Below are positions 28,601-36,380 of a stretch of DNA of 64,000 nt, piece by piece. The stretch covers positions 64,001 to 128,000 of IMG/VR virus record IMGVR_UViG_3300036766_001793. One strand, written 5' to 3'. Every line of letters begins with the position of its first letter. Positions within the stretch are counted from its first letter, which is position 1. Both the position numbers and the translations under genes were made by a program. The notes below the pieces were generated by a model. The model worked only from the letters and a program-made list of their open reading frames with translations, made no database searches and had not been told where the DNA came from. This stretch comes from a virus.

Positions 28601-30547
28601 CTCCTCCACAATCGGGGCCACATCGAGCCCGTTCACCTCCGACTCCCAGAGCACCAGAGTCTCGTAGCCATGCTTCGCGAAGTGGTCCAGGCGGTTCTGC
28701 GGGTCTTGACCGCTGTGGAAATAGTCCCCGTAGAGCTCGATGAGCTTCGTCCCGCCGTCCCAGAAGTCCGGGCCCCTCCCGCCGATAACGAGCTGCCCGT
28801 CGCCCACGAACCTGAAGCCGTACGTCCTAGCGAGTGGCTCGAACACCTTCTCCAGCTTGTTCTGCCCGACGTTCCGCACCGCCATCTGCCTGGCCACATA
28901 TGCCGGATCCCTCCACTGGGCGGATGTGATGGCCCTCCTCTTCGCGCGGAACCCGTCGGTCTTGACAGAGGCCCTTTGGACCGCCCTGCCGGCCTCTGTT
29001 TTAATGCCGCCCTTGCCGGGATGTCTCAGCCCCCTGACCTTAGCCGCATGAGAGATAGCGCCAGGGTCGCCTGAGGCTACTGTCTTGCCCCTCCTGTTCG
29101 GGACTTTGGCCTTGCACTGGATGTCGCAGAACTTCTTAGTTGGCTTTGAGGAGAACATGGGGGCGCCACAGGCCTCGCAGAGCCGAGAAGGCTCGTGATA
29201 CGAGATGAGGTCGCCCACGACGAGGTCTTTTGCCGGCACCCACTCGTACTTCGATCCCTCGCCCCTGCCCCTATACCTCATCACCCTGAACGGGTGCTCG
29301 CCCGTCGGACTAATGATCCCCCGCTCGGTCGTGATCCTGACCAGGTCCTCGTCGACCTCCCGCTGCATGGTCCTGACGACCGGGCGCCACCTGTTCTTGT
29401 GGGTCCACACGAGGTCCCCGGTCATAACGTCCTTGATCTTTTTAAGCCCGGACTTCGTCCACACGGGCTCATTTCCCTTAAAACAAAGTGTAACTTCGTA
29501 TAGTACGATTTCGTCTATCACCCAAAAGCATGTCCCGCCCGCACACTCGTGGCGCCTGGACTCGAACGGGGCGTCGGCCGAGATGGAGAAGGCCGCGAGC
29601 TTCCCGCTCTCTATGTCGTCGATGACCTTGTCGACGATCGGCGGGCGCGCCGCGTCGGTCCTGACCCTGACCACGGTGAAGAGGCCGACCTCGTCGACTT
29701 TCGTCTCGTACCGCTCCCCGGTGCGTGGGTTGGTCCATGACGGAATGACTTCCCCGACCTGGACGTTCGAGTTATGGTAGATGACCCCCTTGCCGGCGTA
29801 GGAGTGGTCGTCCTCCACCTCGAGGTTGTACACCCACCCGTCGAACGGGATCTTCTCGGCGGAGAGGACCTCCACCCCATTCGTCACGACCTCCCTGGCC
29901 TCCTCGTTCCTCCTAGCGTTGGAGGCTTCCCTGGTCCTCTCGGTTATGTGGGACGAGTCGCCCTTGAAGAGGTAATTCCTTGGGTGCTGGTCGGCTAGCT
30001 CCCACGACCGATGGCCCTTCTTAACCAGGTGGTGGAGCATGTCCCCTGCCACAAGGTCGCCGGCTCTCGTCCACCCCTTCCCGACCACGAGCACCTGGTG
30101 CTCGTCTGTGATGTGGACTGTCTCCCCGTTGCCGAGACGGAGCTCGACGACCTCGTTTGGCCCCTTGTGCTTGAACACGTGGGTGACGGGCATGAGCCTG
30201 CCCTTGTGGGTCAGCACCCTGTCGCCCACCTTGATGACCTCTATCCTGGTGAACGTGGACCCAGAGACCCCATTGCCTCCGACCTTAATCGGGGTCCCGG
30301 CCTCAAGGCAATGGAGCAGATTGACGTTTCTGTAGTGCGGATGCGCCATGAACCTCGGGAGGTCCCTCGCGAGGGCCTCCTTCGTGATGACGTGCTTCTC
30401 GCGGTCCACGATTTGTGGCGAACTGTAGCCGGCCACGATGAGGGGCTCGCGTCCCTCGGCCTTCTGGAGGACGGAGACCGCGCCGTACCTCCTGAGCGGG
30501 TACTGCGTCACGGAGGACTCCACCACGGACGACCAGCTGTCAGCCAT
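25685..30547 (-). CDS. HK97-type prohead protease polyprotein with two inteins plus Nudix, DUF5661-like and 2H phosphoesterase domains
   Basis: Spliced extein AGYSS...VDRE...LLH|SNVQVGE...FSIS...YEVTL|CESPVNQDAKF; Nudix box GGRLEPGESPLGAAKREWAEEVG; IVRDHLAEDPRYYSK; HVTIAY and PHMTLRY 2H motifs. Confidence 0.85.
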   Translation of the reverse strand: MADSWSSVVESSVTQYPLRRYGAVSVLQKAEGREPLIVAGYSSPQIVDREKHVITKEALARDLPRFMAHPHYRNVNLLHCLEAGTPIKVGGNGVSGSTFTRIEVIKVGDRVLTHKGRLMPVTHVFKHKGPNEVVELRLGNGETVHITDEHQVLVVGKGWTRAGDLVAGDMLHHLVKKGHRSWELADQHPRNYLFKGDSSHITERTREASNARRNEEAREVVTNGVEVLSAEKIPFDGWVYNLEVEDDHSYAGKGVIYHNSNVQVGEVIPSWTNPRTGERYETKVDEVGLFTVVRVRTDAARPPIVDKVIDDIESGKLAAFSISADAPFESRRHECAGGTCFWVIDEIVLYEVTLCFKGNEPVWTKSGLKKIKDVMTGDLVWTHKNRWRPVVRTMQREVDEDLVRITTERGIISPTGEHPFRVMRYRGRGEGSKYEWVPAKDLVVGDLISYHEPSRLCEACGAPMFSSKPTKKFCDIQCKAKVPNRRGKTVASGDPGAISHAAKVRGLRHPGKGGIKTEAGRAVQRASVKTDGFRAKRRAITSAQWRDPAYVARQMAVRNVGQNKLEKVFEPLARTYGFRFVGDGQLVIGGRGPDFWDGGTKLIELYGDYFHSGQDPQNRLDHFAKHGYETLVLWESEVNGLDVAPIVEEFAGNALVRVTTIGTEPYKGTVYNLEVEEDNSYTMKEGVVHNCESPVNQDAKFTVISKSFDEAGEFAASAWCGDGRCPVTPAQAAMVLKGYRSESGRMLFEGVADEAAGPKGLESSGPEATPPSPANRLVPEPTTPKFAKFLKGLRGMVDPRVQAMIDREFGSIAKDAPGPVGGGVRAAGLAVVAGDTGRVLMLQRAAEGDDPAGGTWEFPGGRLEPGESPLGAAKREWAEEVGRPLPEGGLASQWESPDGVYAGFVWRIDGEDLLPLGERDEMINPDDPDGDQFEALAWWEPDHIGDNPALREELKDQAGDIEKLARQATSAVGKSRDGVDEFDEGLETESAEHYESVGGDVGSIANIVRDHLAEDPRYYSKVLAEEGGEEGKLDPASAAKLERARAGVETPGAREMAERYGPRPTYGVAPDAPLADPDGERQYLNLSDVWASHGGFRLVQGDEEKVQPVTQGKVKTPKLAAPDNSYVPMVIKEVLAAVEAAVDSVRLDKGLEGDARAAAAAIRFGSPSLTWIPGQRSDFVLWTDGTAFGPDRAYVRLGRLLKGLRDAATRAGAGEALNAAGVAQERLRKSVPLTAGQAAGKAAAIVRAATLAPGLPPSALSGLAKAWDSTVRGDPAAALDGVRKQLEAAVGDGGGNLDPTVMAALGSLYEDAESVIEGMALGQYVRMGEEPEHGIIKEAGAGSTYKDVAKTDAALGRVSKGGADDFHRGLRGDLGQSEKSDTIRGPEDLDGLSNKGGPENLPEGFKERHLEAEGPHPGAMVAWFPESGLARQLATDGGEDADELHVTIAYLTDDAANDLGDDGVERALGVLRHCALEQRPMDGSIGGLGRFSPGDDGRVPLVALVDVPGLSEFRAKLVGALREVGVPVDGRHGFTPHMTLRYDPAGMDDLERRGIPVTETSPIAIDRLWLVSAGERFEVSLDRGVGQVSGAEPEQFRKGGPAKSAAPAREAGGRTTVGPG
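28478..29485 (-). mobile_element. Intein 2 (336 aa) with Vsr/DUF559-like endonuclease
   Basis: CFKGNEPV...PTGEHPF...NKLE...PDF...IELYGDYFH...LVLWESE...VYNLEVEEDNSY...VHN|C. Confidence 0.9.
29771..30310 (-). mobile_element. Intein 1 (180-aa mini-intein) in prohead protease
   Basis: CLEAGTPI...ITDEH...VYNLEVEDDHSY...HN|S; no endonuclease. Confidence 0.9.
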
Positions 30548-30824
30548 TGGCTACATCGTATTTCGGGGGCCGCCCCCTGCGGAGCCCCCCGCCGGCCGTC
30601 GGGGTGCTCACGTCCCGCCCCACCATCGGGGCGCCGGTCGCCGGCCCAGCGCCGCCGTCACCCCCGCCGGCCTCCTTCATGACCGCCGCCGACAGGCGTA
30701 TGGCCAGGTCGAGCGCCGACCCGCGGGCCACCCTCCCGCGGGCGAGGGCCCTACCGGCCGCCCGCTCCCTTGGGCTCCTGCTCCTCATGAGCTGCTTCGC
30801 CACCGCCCGCCTCGGGTTCTGCAT
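30540..30824 (-). CDS. Hypothetical protein upstream of the protease
   Basis: Overlaps the protease start; VMKEAGG site. Confidence 0.4.
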   Translation of the reverse strand: MQNPRRAVAKQLMRSRSPRERAAGRALARGRVARGSALDLAIRLSAAVMKEAGGGDGGAGPATGAPMVGRDVSTPTAGGGLRRGRPPKYDVANG

Positions 30825-31071
30825 CCCCTGCCTCCAGCCTCCCCGCCGCGAGGTCGTCGGCCATGAGCCCCAGGGCGTACAGGACGTCGTCGAGCGAGCC
30901 CATGTTGAACGCTATCCCGCGGCCCGGCGTCGGAGCCCCTTTGTCGTCGGGGTAGTACTCCCTGACGTGGGCCTTCCAGGACCCCTTCCACCTCACCGCG
31001 GAGACGCGGAGCTGCGCCCGCTCGCCCCTCCTGTCGTACAGCGGGATGGAGGTGTAGATCCTGTCTGGCAC
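30751..31071 (-). CDS. PC4/YdbC-family ssDNA-binding protein
   Basis: QLRVSAVRWKG...HVREYY...PTPGRGIAF; GTG 31071 after TATAAT. Confidence 0.75.
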   Translation of the reverse strand: MPDRIYTSIPLYDRRGERAQLRVSAVRWKGSWKAHVREYYPDDKGAPTPGRGIAFNMGSLDDVLYALGLMADDLAAGRLEAGDAEPEAGGGEAAHEEQEPKGAGGR

Positions 31072-31111
31072 GCGTCGATTATAGGGCGCGGGAACCTTCA
31101 GCGCGGCCCTC

Positions 31112-31186
31112 TGGCTCCGCCCGAGGGCATCGAACCCCCGCCATCCTGGTCCAACGCCAGGCGTGCTACCACTACACCAGGGCGGA
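31112..31186 (-). tRNA. tRNA-Gln(UUG), G33
   Basis: Cloverleaf, loop CG-UUG-GA, CCA end. Confidence 0.75.
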
Positions 31187-31189
31187 GTC

Positions 31190-31263
31190 TGGCTCCATCG
31201 GATGGACTCGCACCACCGTGACATGTTTCAGAGACATGCATCCTACTGCTAGATGACGATGGA
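31190..31263 (-). tRNA. tRNA-Gln(CUG)
   Basis: Loop CU-CUG-AA, T-loop UGCGAG, CCA. Confidence 0.85.
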
Positions 31264-31272
31264 ATGCCTGGG

Positions 31273-31701
31273 TCAGTCCCACATGGACGGGAGGGCGACC
31301 GCGAGCTCCACCAGGCACCACGCCGCGAAGCGCGCGCCGTAGAACTCCTCCTCGTCCTTCTCCGGGTCGGCCTGGGCCACTTTGTAGGCGACGATCCTGT
31401 CGTAGATCCCCTGGAGGCCCGGCACCTCGCCGTGGTAGGCGGCGAACGACTCGTCGTGCTTGCAGGCCCAGACGTAACCGCCGACGAACTGCTCGAGGAG
31501 GGAGAGGACCGTGCCCTCTGTGTCCCAGTAGTGGGGCACGTCCACGTGGATAGCCCTGAACGGGTTGTCCAGGTCGTGGGTCATGTGCCCACTGAGCTTC
31601 CGCTGGACTGCGTCGTGGACGCTTGCGAACCTGTCCTCGAAGGAGGACTTGCCCTGCGGGAGGGCGGACTGGTCTTTCTTCTTCTTCAGCTTGAGATCCA
31701 T
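31273..31701 (-). CDS. Hypothetical protein
   Basis: Leaderless TACACT; phage codon usage. Confidence 0.6.
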   Translation of the reverse strand: MDLKLKKKKDQSALPQGKSSFEDRFASVHDAVQRKLSGHMTHDLDNPFRAIHVDVPHYWDTEGTVLSLLEQFVGGYVWACKHDESFAAYHGEVPGLQGIYDRIVAYKVAQADPEKDEEEFYGARFAAWCLVELAVALPSMWD

Positions 31702-31714
31702 GCCATGAGTGTAC

Positions 31715-31790
31715 TGGAGCCGCCTGCGGGGATCGAACCCGCCCCTCGCGGTCGGAGGCCGCGCGTACTAGACCATTATACTGAGGCGAC
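31715..31790 (-). tRNA. tRNA-Gly(UCC), C33
   Basis: Loop CC-UCC-GA, U73, CCA. Confidence 0.8.
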
Positions 31791-31923
31791 TGGCCACTAC
31801 GGGAGCAGCACCCACTCCAGGACAACGTGCCCGCAGGCGCAGGTGCAGACGCGGATCATGTCGTCGAGCAGCGGCCCTATTGAGTAGGAATGCGAGTGGG
31901 CCATCTTGCCCTCCTTCCTGTCT

Positions 31924-31999
31924 TGGAGCGCCAGGCGGGTCTCGAACCCGCGACCTCCTGCTTGGGAAGCAGGCACACTGCCAACTGTGCTACTGGCGC
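31924..31999 (-). tRNA. tRNA-Gly(CCC)
   Basis: Loop UU-CCC-AA, CCA. Confidence 0.9.
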
Positions 32000-32000
32000 G

Positions 32001-32074
32001 TGGGGCCGGCGGGGGGACTCGAACCCTCGCTTGCTCTTTACGGGAGAGCCGTCCTGCCTCTGGACTACGCCGGC
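32001..32074 (-). tRNA. tRNA-Thr(CGU), C33
   Basis: Loop CC-CGU-AA, CCA. Confidence 0.8.
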
Positions 32075-32146
32075 ACGCTTAAACTGAGACGTCTGGGCTC
32101 CGTCCGCCTTCGGTGGACTGATCAATCTTACATCTAGTGTATTTCT

Positions 32147-32220
32147 TGGAGCTGACTACGGGACTCGAACCCATGTTAGCATCTTACCAAGATGCCGTCC
32201 TGCCTCTAGACGAAGCCAGC
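32147..32220 (-). tRNA. tRNA-Thr(GGU)
   Basis: Loop UU-GGU-AA, CCA. Confidence 0.9.
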
Positions 32221-32221
32221 C

Positions 32222-32297
32222 TGGGGCCCTCGGCAGGGCTCGAACCTGCAGTGTCCCGCTTACAGGGCGGGCGCCGTGCCAGTTGGGCTACGAGGGC
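32222..32297 (-). tRNA. tRNA-Thr(UGU), C33
   Basis: Loop CC-UGU-AA, CCA. Confidence 0.8.
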
Positions 32298-32324
32298 GAT
32301 GGCGGGGGCGGCTGCCGAGCAGTC

Positions 32325-32855
32325 CTAGCGCCCCAGGGCTCGCATGGCGGCCCCCAGGACCCGTATCTGCTTCACGCAGTCGTCCTGCGCTACGTGGTCA
32401 GTCAGGCCAGCGCCGGCAGTCCTGTACGCGTCGCGGACGACCCCCTCCGGCACGAGCGAGAAGAGGGTCCTGAGGTCCCTGACCCCGCGGCGGCCCCAGG
32501 CCGGGGCGAGCCCGGCCTCGGCGAAACGCCTCGAAAGCATCACGGCGTCGTAGGTCGCGTGGCTCCACATGGCGGCGCACCCACTCCCGCGGTAGTACGC
32601 GTTGGCGAGGAGGAGGCCCTCCCTGAGCGGCACCCGGCCCTCGGCGCGGAACACCCCCGCGACCGCCTCAGGCGACTGCCGCAGCCACCAGAGCACGGTC
32701 TCGGTCGACGGCAGCCCACTGCACGTGAGCGGGTCGATGTCGATAGTGGCGCCCTGGAGCGGGAGGAAGTCGGCCGTGTCGAAGGCCACCATGCCCACCT
32801 GGACGAGCAGGTCATCCCCCAGGGCCTCGATGTCCACCATGCACTCTATCGCCAT
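32325..32855 (-). CDS. DEDDh 3'-5' exo(ribo)nuclease (Rv2179c/RNase T-like), paralog of 61802..62443
   Basis: MVDIEALG...WSHATYD...RDLRT...HVAQDDC. Confidence 0.75.
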   Translation of the reverse strand: MAIECMVDIEALGDDLLVQVGMVAFDTADFLPLQGATIDIDPLTCSGLPSTETVLWWLRQSPEAVAGVFRAEGRVPLREGLLLANAYYRGSGCAAMWSHATYDAVMLSRRFAEAGLAPAWGRRGVRDLRTLFSLVPEGVVRDAYRTAGAGLTDHVAQDDCVKQIRVLGAAMRALGR

Positions 32856-32868
32856 GGGCCTCTCCTTC

Positions 32869-32942
32869 TGGTAGGGCCGGGCGGAGTCGAACCGCCGTTT
32901 GGTGTTTATGAGTCACCCGCACTGCCGCTGTGCTACGGCCCC
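32869..32942 (-). tRNA. tRNA(CAU), Ile2 or elongator Met
   Basis: Loop CU-CAU-AA, CCA. Confidence 0.8.
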
Positions 32943-33167
32943 GCAGACCACAGGCCGGATCCGGCCAGCCGCTCCTTCCAGAACCTCATGGACGGGGGAG
33001 GCCTTCCTCGGGTCGTACTCGCTCGCGTGGCCGGCCTCATGGATGAACTGGCTCTCCACGACGTAGGCTGTCCCCCTGCCGCGCCCTCCTCACCATCCAG
33101 TGGGGAACGCCGCACGAGCACTCGTTCACCTCGGCGTCTGGGCCGTAGGCCACGGCACCAGCATACC

Positions 33168-33241
33168 TGGTCGGCCGGCCGAGAATTGAACTCGGATCAA
33201 GGGTTTATAAGACCCCCGTTCTTCCATTGAACTACCGGCCA
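33168..33241 (-). tRNA. tRNA-Ile(UAU)
   Basis: Loop CU-UAU-AA, CCA. Confidence 0.85.
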
Positions 33242-33246
33242 GTTCC

Positions 33247-33321
33247 TGGTCCCCCCGGAGTGAGTCGAACACTCGTTGCCGGTATATCAGACCGGCGCCC
33301 TGGCCGTTGGACGACGGGGGG
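33247..33321 (-). tRNA. tRNA-Ile(GAU)
   Basis: Loop CU-GAU-AU, CCA. Confidence 0.85.
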
Positions 33322-33323
33322 AC

Positions 33324-33394
33324 GGGTGCCGCCCGGCGGGCCCGAACCGCCTCGCCCTCGCGGGCTTCGTCCATGGGTGCGCTTCCCCGGCGGC
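33324..33394 (-). ncRNA. tRNA-like RNA without a recognisable anticodon arm
   Basis: GCCGCC.../GGCGGC acceptor-like stem, GGCGG-UUCGGGC-CCGCC T arm, GCCC-GCGA-GGGC arm, ends ACCC. Confidence 0.4.
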
Positions 33395-33399
33395 GCCTG

Positions 33400-33487
33400 T
33401 GGCGGAGGGCGGGCGACTCGAACGCCAGCGGCTCGCGCCGCCCGTCGGTTTAGCAGACCGCGCCAGGTCCACCCTGGTTCACCCTCC
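33400..33487 (-). tRNA. tRNA-Ser(GCU)
   Basis: Loop CU-GCU-AA, long variable arm, CCA. Confidence 0.85.
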
Positions 33488-33856
33488 GCGCGGCGGGAGC
33501 CCGTGCCCCTTCCTTATCTCTTCTATCGTCTTTCTGGCGACGCCGGAAAGTTCCGCTTCCTTGAGAGCCCCGAGGGCCTCCCTGATGAAGTGGCCCTGCT
33601 CCGAGGTCCCATCGAGAATGGCCCTAGCCTCCTCCATCGGCGTCCACTCCGGCTCAGGCCTGTGGGCCGGCTGGCCGCTCCCCGTCCTGCCGCTCGCCAC
33701 GATCTGGCTGGCCGACCCGGCCATGAACACCGCCTCGTCGCGGGTGTCCCCGTAAGTCACGATGGAGAACTCCCTGTCCCAGGCTACCCAGTGAGTCCCG
33801 CCGCCATTCTGGTGGCCCGGCGGGTTGGGCCTCTCAACCACGCAGAGTCTGTCCAT
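33479..33856 (-). CDS. Hypothetical protein (HicB-N-like TYGDTRDEA motif)
   Basis: GGAGG RBS; its stop lies inside tRNA-Ser. Confidence 0.5.
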   Translation of the reverse strand: MDRLCVVERPNPPGHQNGGGTHWVAWDREFSIVTYGDTRDEAVFMAGSASQIVASGRTGSGQPAHRPEPEWTPMEEARAILDGTSEQGHFIREALGALKEAELSGVARKTIEEIRKGHGLPPRGG

Positions 33857-33875
33857 CCTGGGCCTCCCTTTCTTT

Positions 33876-33951
33876 TGGTGCGCCGGGCGGGACTCGAACC
33901 CGCGGTCACCTGCATGTCGAGCAGGGGCCCTGGCCGCTGGGCGACCGGCGC
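33876..33951 (-). tRNA. tRNA-Val(GAC), C33
   Basis: Loop UC-GAC-AU, CCA. Confidence 0.8.
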
Positions 33952-33954
33952 GTC

Positions 33955-34029
33955 TGGTGCCGCCCGCCGGAGTCGAACCGGCGCACCCTGGGCTTCAACC
34001 AGGAGCTCTTCCAACTGAGCTAGGGCGGC
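33955..34029 (-). tRNA. tRNA-Phe(GAA)
   Basis: Loop UU-GAA-GC, CCA. Confidence 0.9.
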
Positions 34030-34032
34030 GTT

Positions 34033-34109
34033 TGGTAGCGTGGGGGAGGAATCGAACCTCCCGACCTCCGGGTTATGAGCCCGGTGAGCTGCCACTGCTC
34101 CACCTCGCG
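34033..34109 (-). tRNA. Initiator tRNA-fMet(CAU)
   Basis: C1 unpaired, GGG/CCC anticodon stem, CCA. Confidence 0.85.
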
Positions 34110-34151
34110 TGACTGAGTGCGCCGGGTCCGGCGCCAGGCAGGAAGCGTCTT

Positions 34152-34227
34152 TGGTGCCCCCGGAGGGAGTCGAGCCCTCAACCTGCGGTTTAAGAGACCG
34201 CTGCTCTGCCAGTTGAGCTACGGAAGC
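34152..34227 (-). tRNA. tRNA-Lys(CUU)
   Basis: Loop CU-CUU-AA, CCA. Confidence 0.9.
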
Positions 34228-34236
34228 ACATTGGGA

Positions 34237-34563
34237 TCATGCCTCTTGAGGACCCGCGCCTCTTGGGGCCCAGCCCTCCGGCGAATCCCCGTAGGGGTGT
34301 CTCCACAGCCGCGGCGCCGCCCACCCCAGGTAGTCCCGCAGTCGCTCAACGTCGTCCCTGCCTAGGTTCACCTCGGCCTGGTGCACCTGCCGCCCGCGGA
34401 GCGCGCCCCACGCCAGCCTCGCCCGCGCCAGCGGTCCGCCCGCCTGGAAGTAGCCGCCGATCTCGAGGAAGGCGATGTCCTCCTTGTCGTGGTCCTCCGG
34501 CCACGTCGTCACGGAGACGAAGTGGTTGCCGTGGCAGTCGCACCTCAGGATGATCTCTTGCAT
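34237..34563 (-). CDS. Hypothetical protein (MQEIILRCDC...)
   Basis: Fills the inter-tRNA gap, phage codon usage. Confidence 0.55.
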   Translation of the reverse strand: MQEIILRCDCHGNHFVSVTTWPEDHDKEDIAFLEIGGYFQAGGPLARARLAWGALRGRQVHQAEVNLGRDDVERLRDYLGWAAPRLWRHPYGDSPEGWAPRGAGPQEA

Positions 34564-34580
34564 GCCCCACCCGCCTTCTC

Positions 34581-34655
34581 TGGAGTCCCCTGCCGGAGTC
34601 GAACCGGCCCCTGGGAGGTTGCAGCTCCCCGTCTTCGCCACTCGACCAAGGGGAC
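34581..34655 (-). tRNA. tRNA-Cys(GCA)
   Basis: Loop CU-GCA-AC, U73, CCA. Confidence 0.9.
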
Positions 34656-34660
34656 GCGTT

Positions 34661-34736
34661 TGGTGCCCGCGGGGGGATTCGAGCCCCCACGCACCCCGTC
34701 TTAAGCGGGGCGGCTTTTCCGTTTGCCTACGCGGGC
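34661..34736 (-). tRNA. tRNA-Leu(UAA), short variable arm
   Basis: Loop CU-UAA-GA, CCA. Confidence 0.85.
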
Positions 34737-34743
34737 CTGGTCG

Positions 34744-34929
34744 CTAGGCCTCCTCTTTCCACGCCTTCTCGCAGCGGTAGCACATCGGCGCCTCCCTGAG
34801 GCGGGCGTCCTCCCGCCTGCCGCGGTCGATGAGGAAGTTGCAGAAGGTCAGGCCGTTGCGTGCCGACCCCTCCCGGTGGGCCGCCCTGCCCCTGTGGGTG
34901 AACACGCGCCAAGGCGCCTCGTTGGACAT
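34744..34929 (-). CDS. Small Cys-rich hypothetical protein
   Basis: GGAGG RBS; H...C...CYRC. Confidence 0.5.
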   Translation of the reverse strand: MSNEAPWRVFTHRGRAAHREGSARNGLTFCNFLIDRGRREDARLREAPMCYRCEKAWKEEA

Positions 34930-34954
34930 GCTGGGCCCTCCTACAGGCATTGTG

Positions 34955-35031
34955 TGGTCCGGCCGGCGGGAGTCGAACCCGCACCCACCGGGGCTTGAAC
35001 CCGGCGGCTTTGCCAATTTGCCTACGGCCGG
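34955..35031 (-). tRNA. tRNA-Leu(CAA), short variable arm
   Basis: Loop UU-CAA-GC, CCA. Confidence 0.85.
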
Positions 35032-35207
35032 GGCTGGCAGCATTCCTCGGCGAGGCCCCGATTGAACCAGATCTTCACGCACTCCTGGCACTGCCAGAGG
35101 CATAGATAGAGCTGGGGCGGGCAGCATATCTGAGCCTCCCGCTGGTCGGCGTGCCACTTCCCGCATCCGTGGCACTCCCACGCCCTCGGGACCTCTTCTG
35201 CGTTCAT
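35022..35207 (-). CDS. Small double zinc-finger-like protein
   Basis: WECHGCG...CC...WQCQEC...CC; its stop is tRNA positions 8-10. Confidence 0.5.
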   Translation of the reverse strand: MNAEEVPRAWECHGCGKWHADQREAQICCPPQLYLCLWQCQECVKIWFNRGLAEECCQPRP

Positions 35208-35234
35208 GCCCAGATCCTACCGGGAGCGTTCCGT

Positions 35235-35310
35235 TGGTGCCGACGGAGGGATTCGAACCCCCAACACTTGCGGTCTGAACGCAAGGCCTCTGCCGTTGGG
35301 CTACGCCAGC
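35235..35310 (-). tRNA. tRNA-Leu(CAG), short variable arm
   Basis: Loop UU-CAG-AC, CCA. Confidence 0.85.
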
Positions 35311-35792
35311 ACTTCTGCTCTCTTCCGATTCCCGAAGGTCTCGGTCTGAGAGTGGCAGTTTGGACACAGGAACCTGAGATTGCTCACGCGATCATCGTGC
35401 CTGTTGCCGTCCACATGATCTATCTGAAGGGTGAGTGGAACCCCTCTCCATTCGCCTGAGTTCCCGCATCCCTCACATTCCCACCGCCTCCCCAGCTCGA
35501 ATAGTGCTCTCCTTAGGAGGGCGGTCTGCTCGTATCGGCCGCCCTTTGGTTTCAGAGTCAAGATAAGCTCGGGGGTTTTCCTCTCCGGCCCTCCGCTGTG
35601 TTTAGCCCCACGTCCGCTGCCAGCCGACCCGGTGAAGTGGGAAGTATCAATCCCGAACTTACTGAGCAGCTTCTTGATGTGTGAGTGTTGACCACCACTC
35701 GGTGCCATCCCCATGGCCCTCAGGACACCGGAGACGGACTCATTCCCCTTGGTAGCCAATTCCAGTTCATCCCTGGAGTACGAATATCTCAT
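35301..35792 (-). CDS. HNH endonuclease
   Basis: CEGCG...LQIDHVDGNRHDDRVSNLRFLCPNCHSQT. Confidence 0.9.
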   Translation of the reverse strand: MRYSYSRDELELATKGNESVSGVLRAMGMAPSGGQHSHIKKLLSKFGIDTSHFTGSAGSGRGAKHSGGPERKTPELILTLKPKGGRYEQTALLRRALFELGRRWECEGCGNSGEWRGVPLTLQIDHVDGNRHDDRVSNLRFLCPNCHSQTETFGNRKRAEVLA

Positions 35793-36016
35793 GACTTGAT
35801 GATCTGATTACCGGAACAGCTCGAGGCGCTCCGACCGAATATCATCCTGAAGCAGCCGCAGCATACATAGGGGGTCAGGTTATGCCTGCGCCTCCGCGGG
35901 TCGTCCCAGGCGATCTCCTCGCCGATCTTATGAACCGCCGGGTCGCAGCAGATCCTGCATGCCTCCCCGGCGACGGACCCAGAGATGAAGTGCAGCACGG
36001 CCACCCCCAGACGCAT
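35789..36016 (-). CDS. Small Cys-rich hypothetical protein
   Basis: CRICC...HKIGEE...HNLTPYVCCGCF. Confidence 0.5.
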   Translation of the reverse strand: MRLGVAVLHFISGSVAGEACRICCDPAVHKIGEEIAWDDPRRRRHNLTPYVCCGCFRMIFGRSASSCSGNQIIKS

Positions 36017-36020
36017 TCTA

Positions 36021-36095
36021 TGGCACCCTCGGCAGGAGTCGAACCCGCAACTCGACGTTCGAAGCGTCGCGTCCTGTCCGTTGGACTACGAGGGC
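36021..36095 (-). tRNA. tRNA-Arg(UCG)
   Basis: Loop CU-UCG-AA, CCA. Confidence 0.9.
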
Positions 36096-36223
36096 ATTTT
36101 CCTGGTGCAGGCCGGATCGTCCGACCGTCCGGGCCTGTGTTTCCCGGCGGTGGAGCGTCCCGTAGGGTGCCTCAGTCGCCAGCGCACGTCCCGCATGGCG
36201 CGCCACCCCGCCACATCCTGTCC

Positions 36224-36298
36224 TGGGGCCCCCGGCGGGAGTCGAACCCGCATTCTCGATTTAGAGGACCGGCGCCCTATCCATTGGACGACGGGGGC
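36224..36298 (-). tRNA. tRNA-Arg(UCU), C33
   Basis: Loop CC-UCU-AA, A20, CCA. Confidence 0.75.
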
Positions 36299-36303
36299 GC
36301 GAA

Positions 36304-36380
36304 TGGTAGGCCGGACGGGACTCGAACCCGTAAATCTCCTCCTTCGCAGGGAGGCGCCCTATCCGTTGGGCCACCGGCCT
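36304..36380 (-). tRNA. tRNA-Arg(GCG)
   Basis: Loop CU-GCG-AA, CCA. Confidence 0.85.

Noticed and set aside
32085-32130. Degenerate hammerhead-like UUGAUCA-GUCC...GGAC-GGAG
   Set aside because: Several invariant core bases differ from CUGANGA/GAAA.
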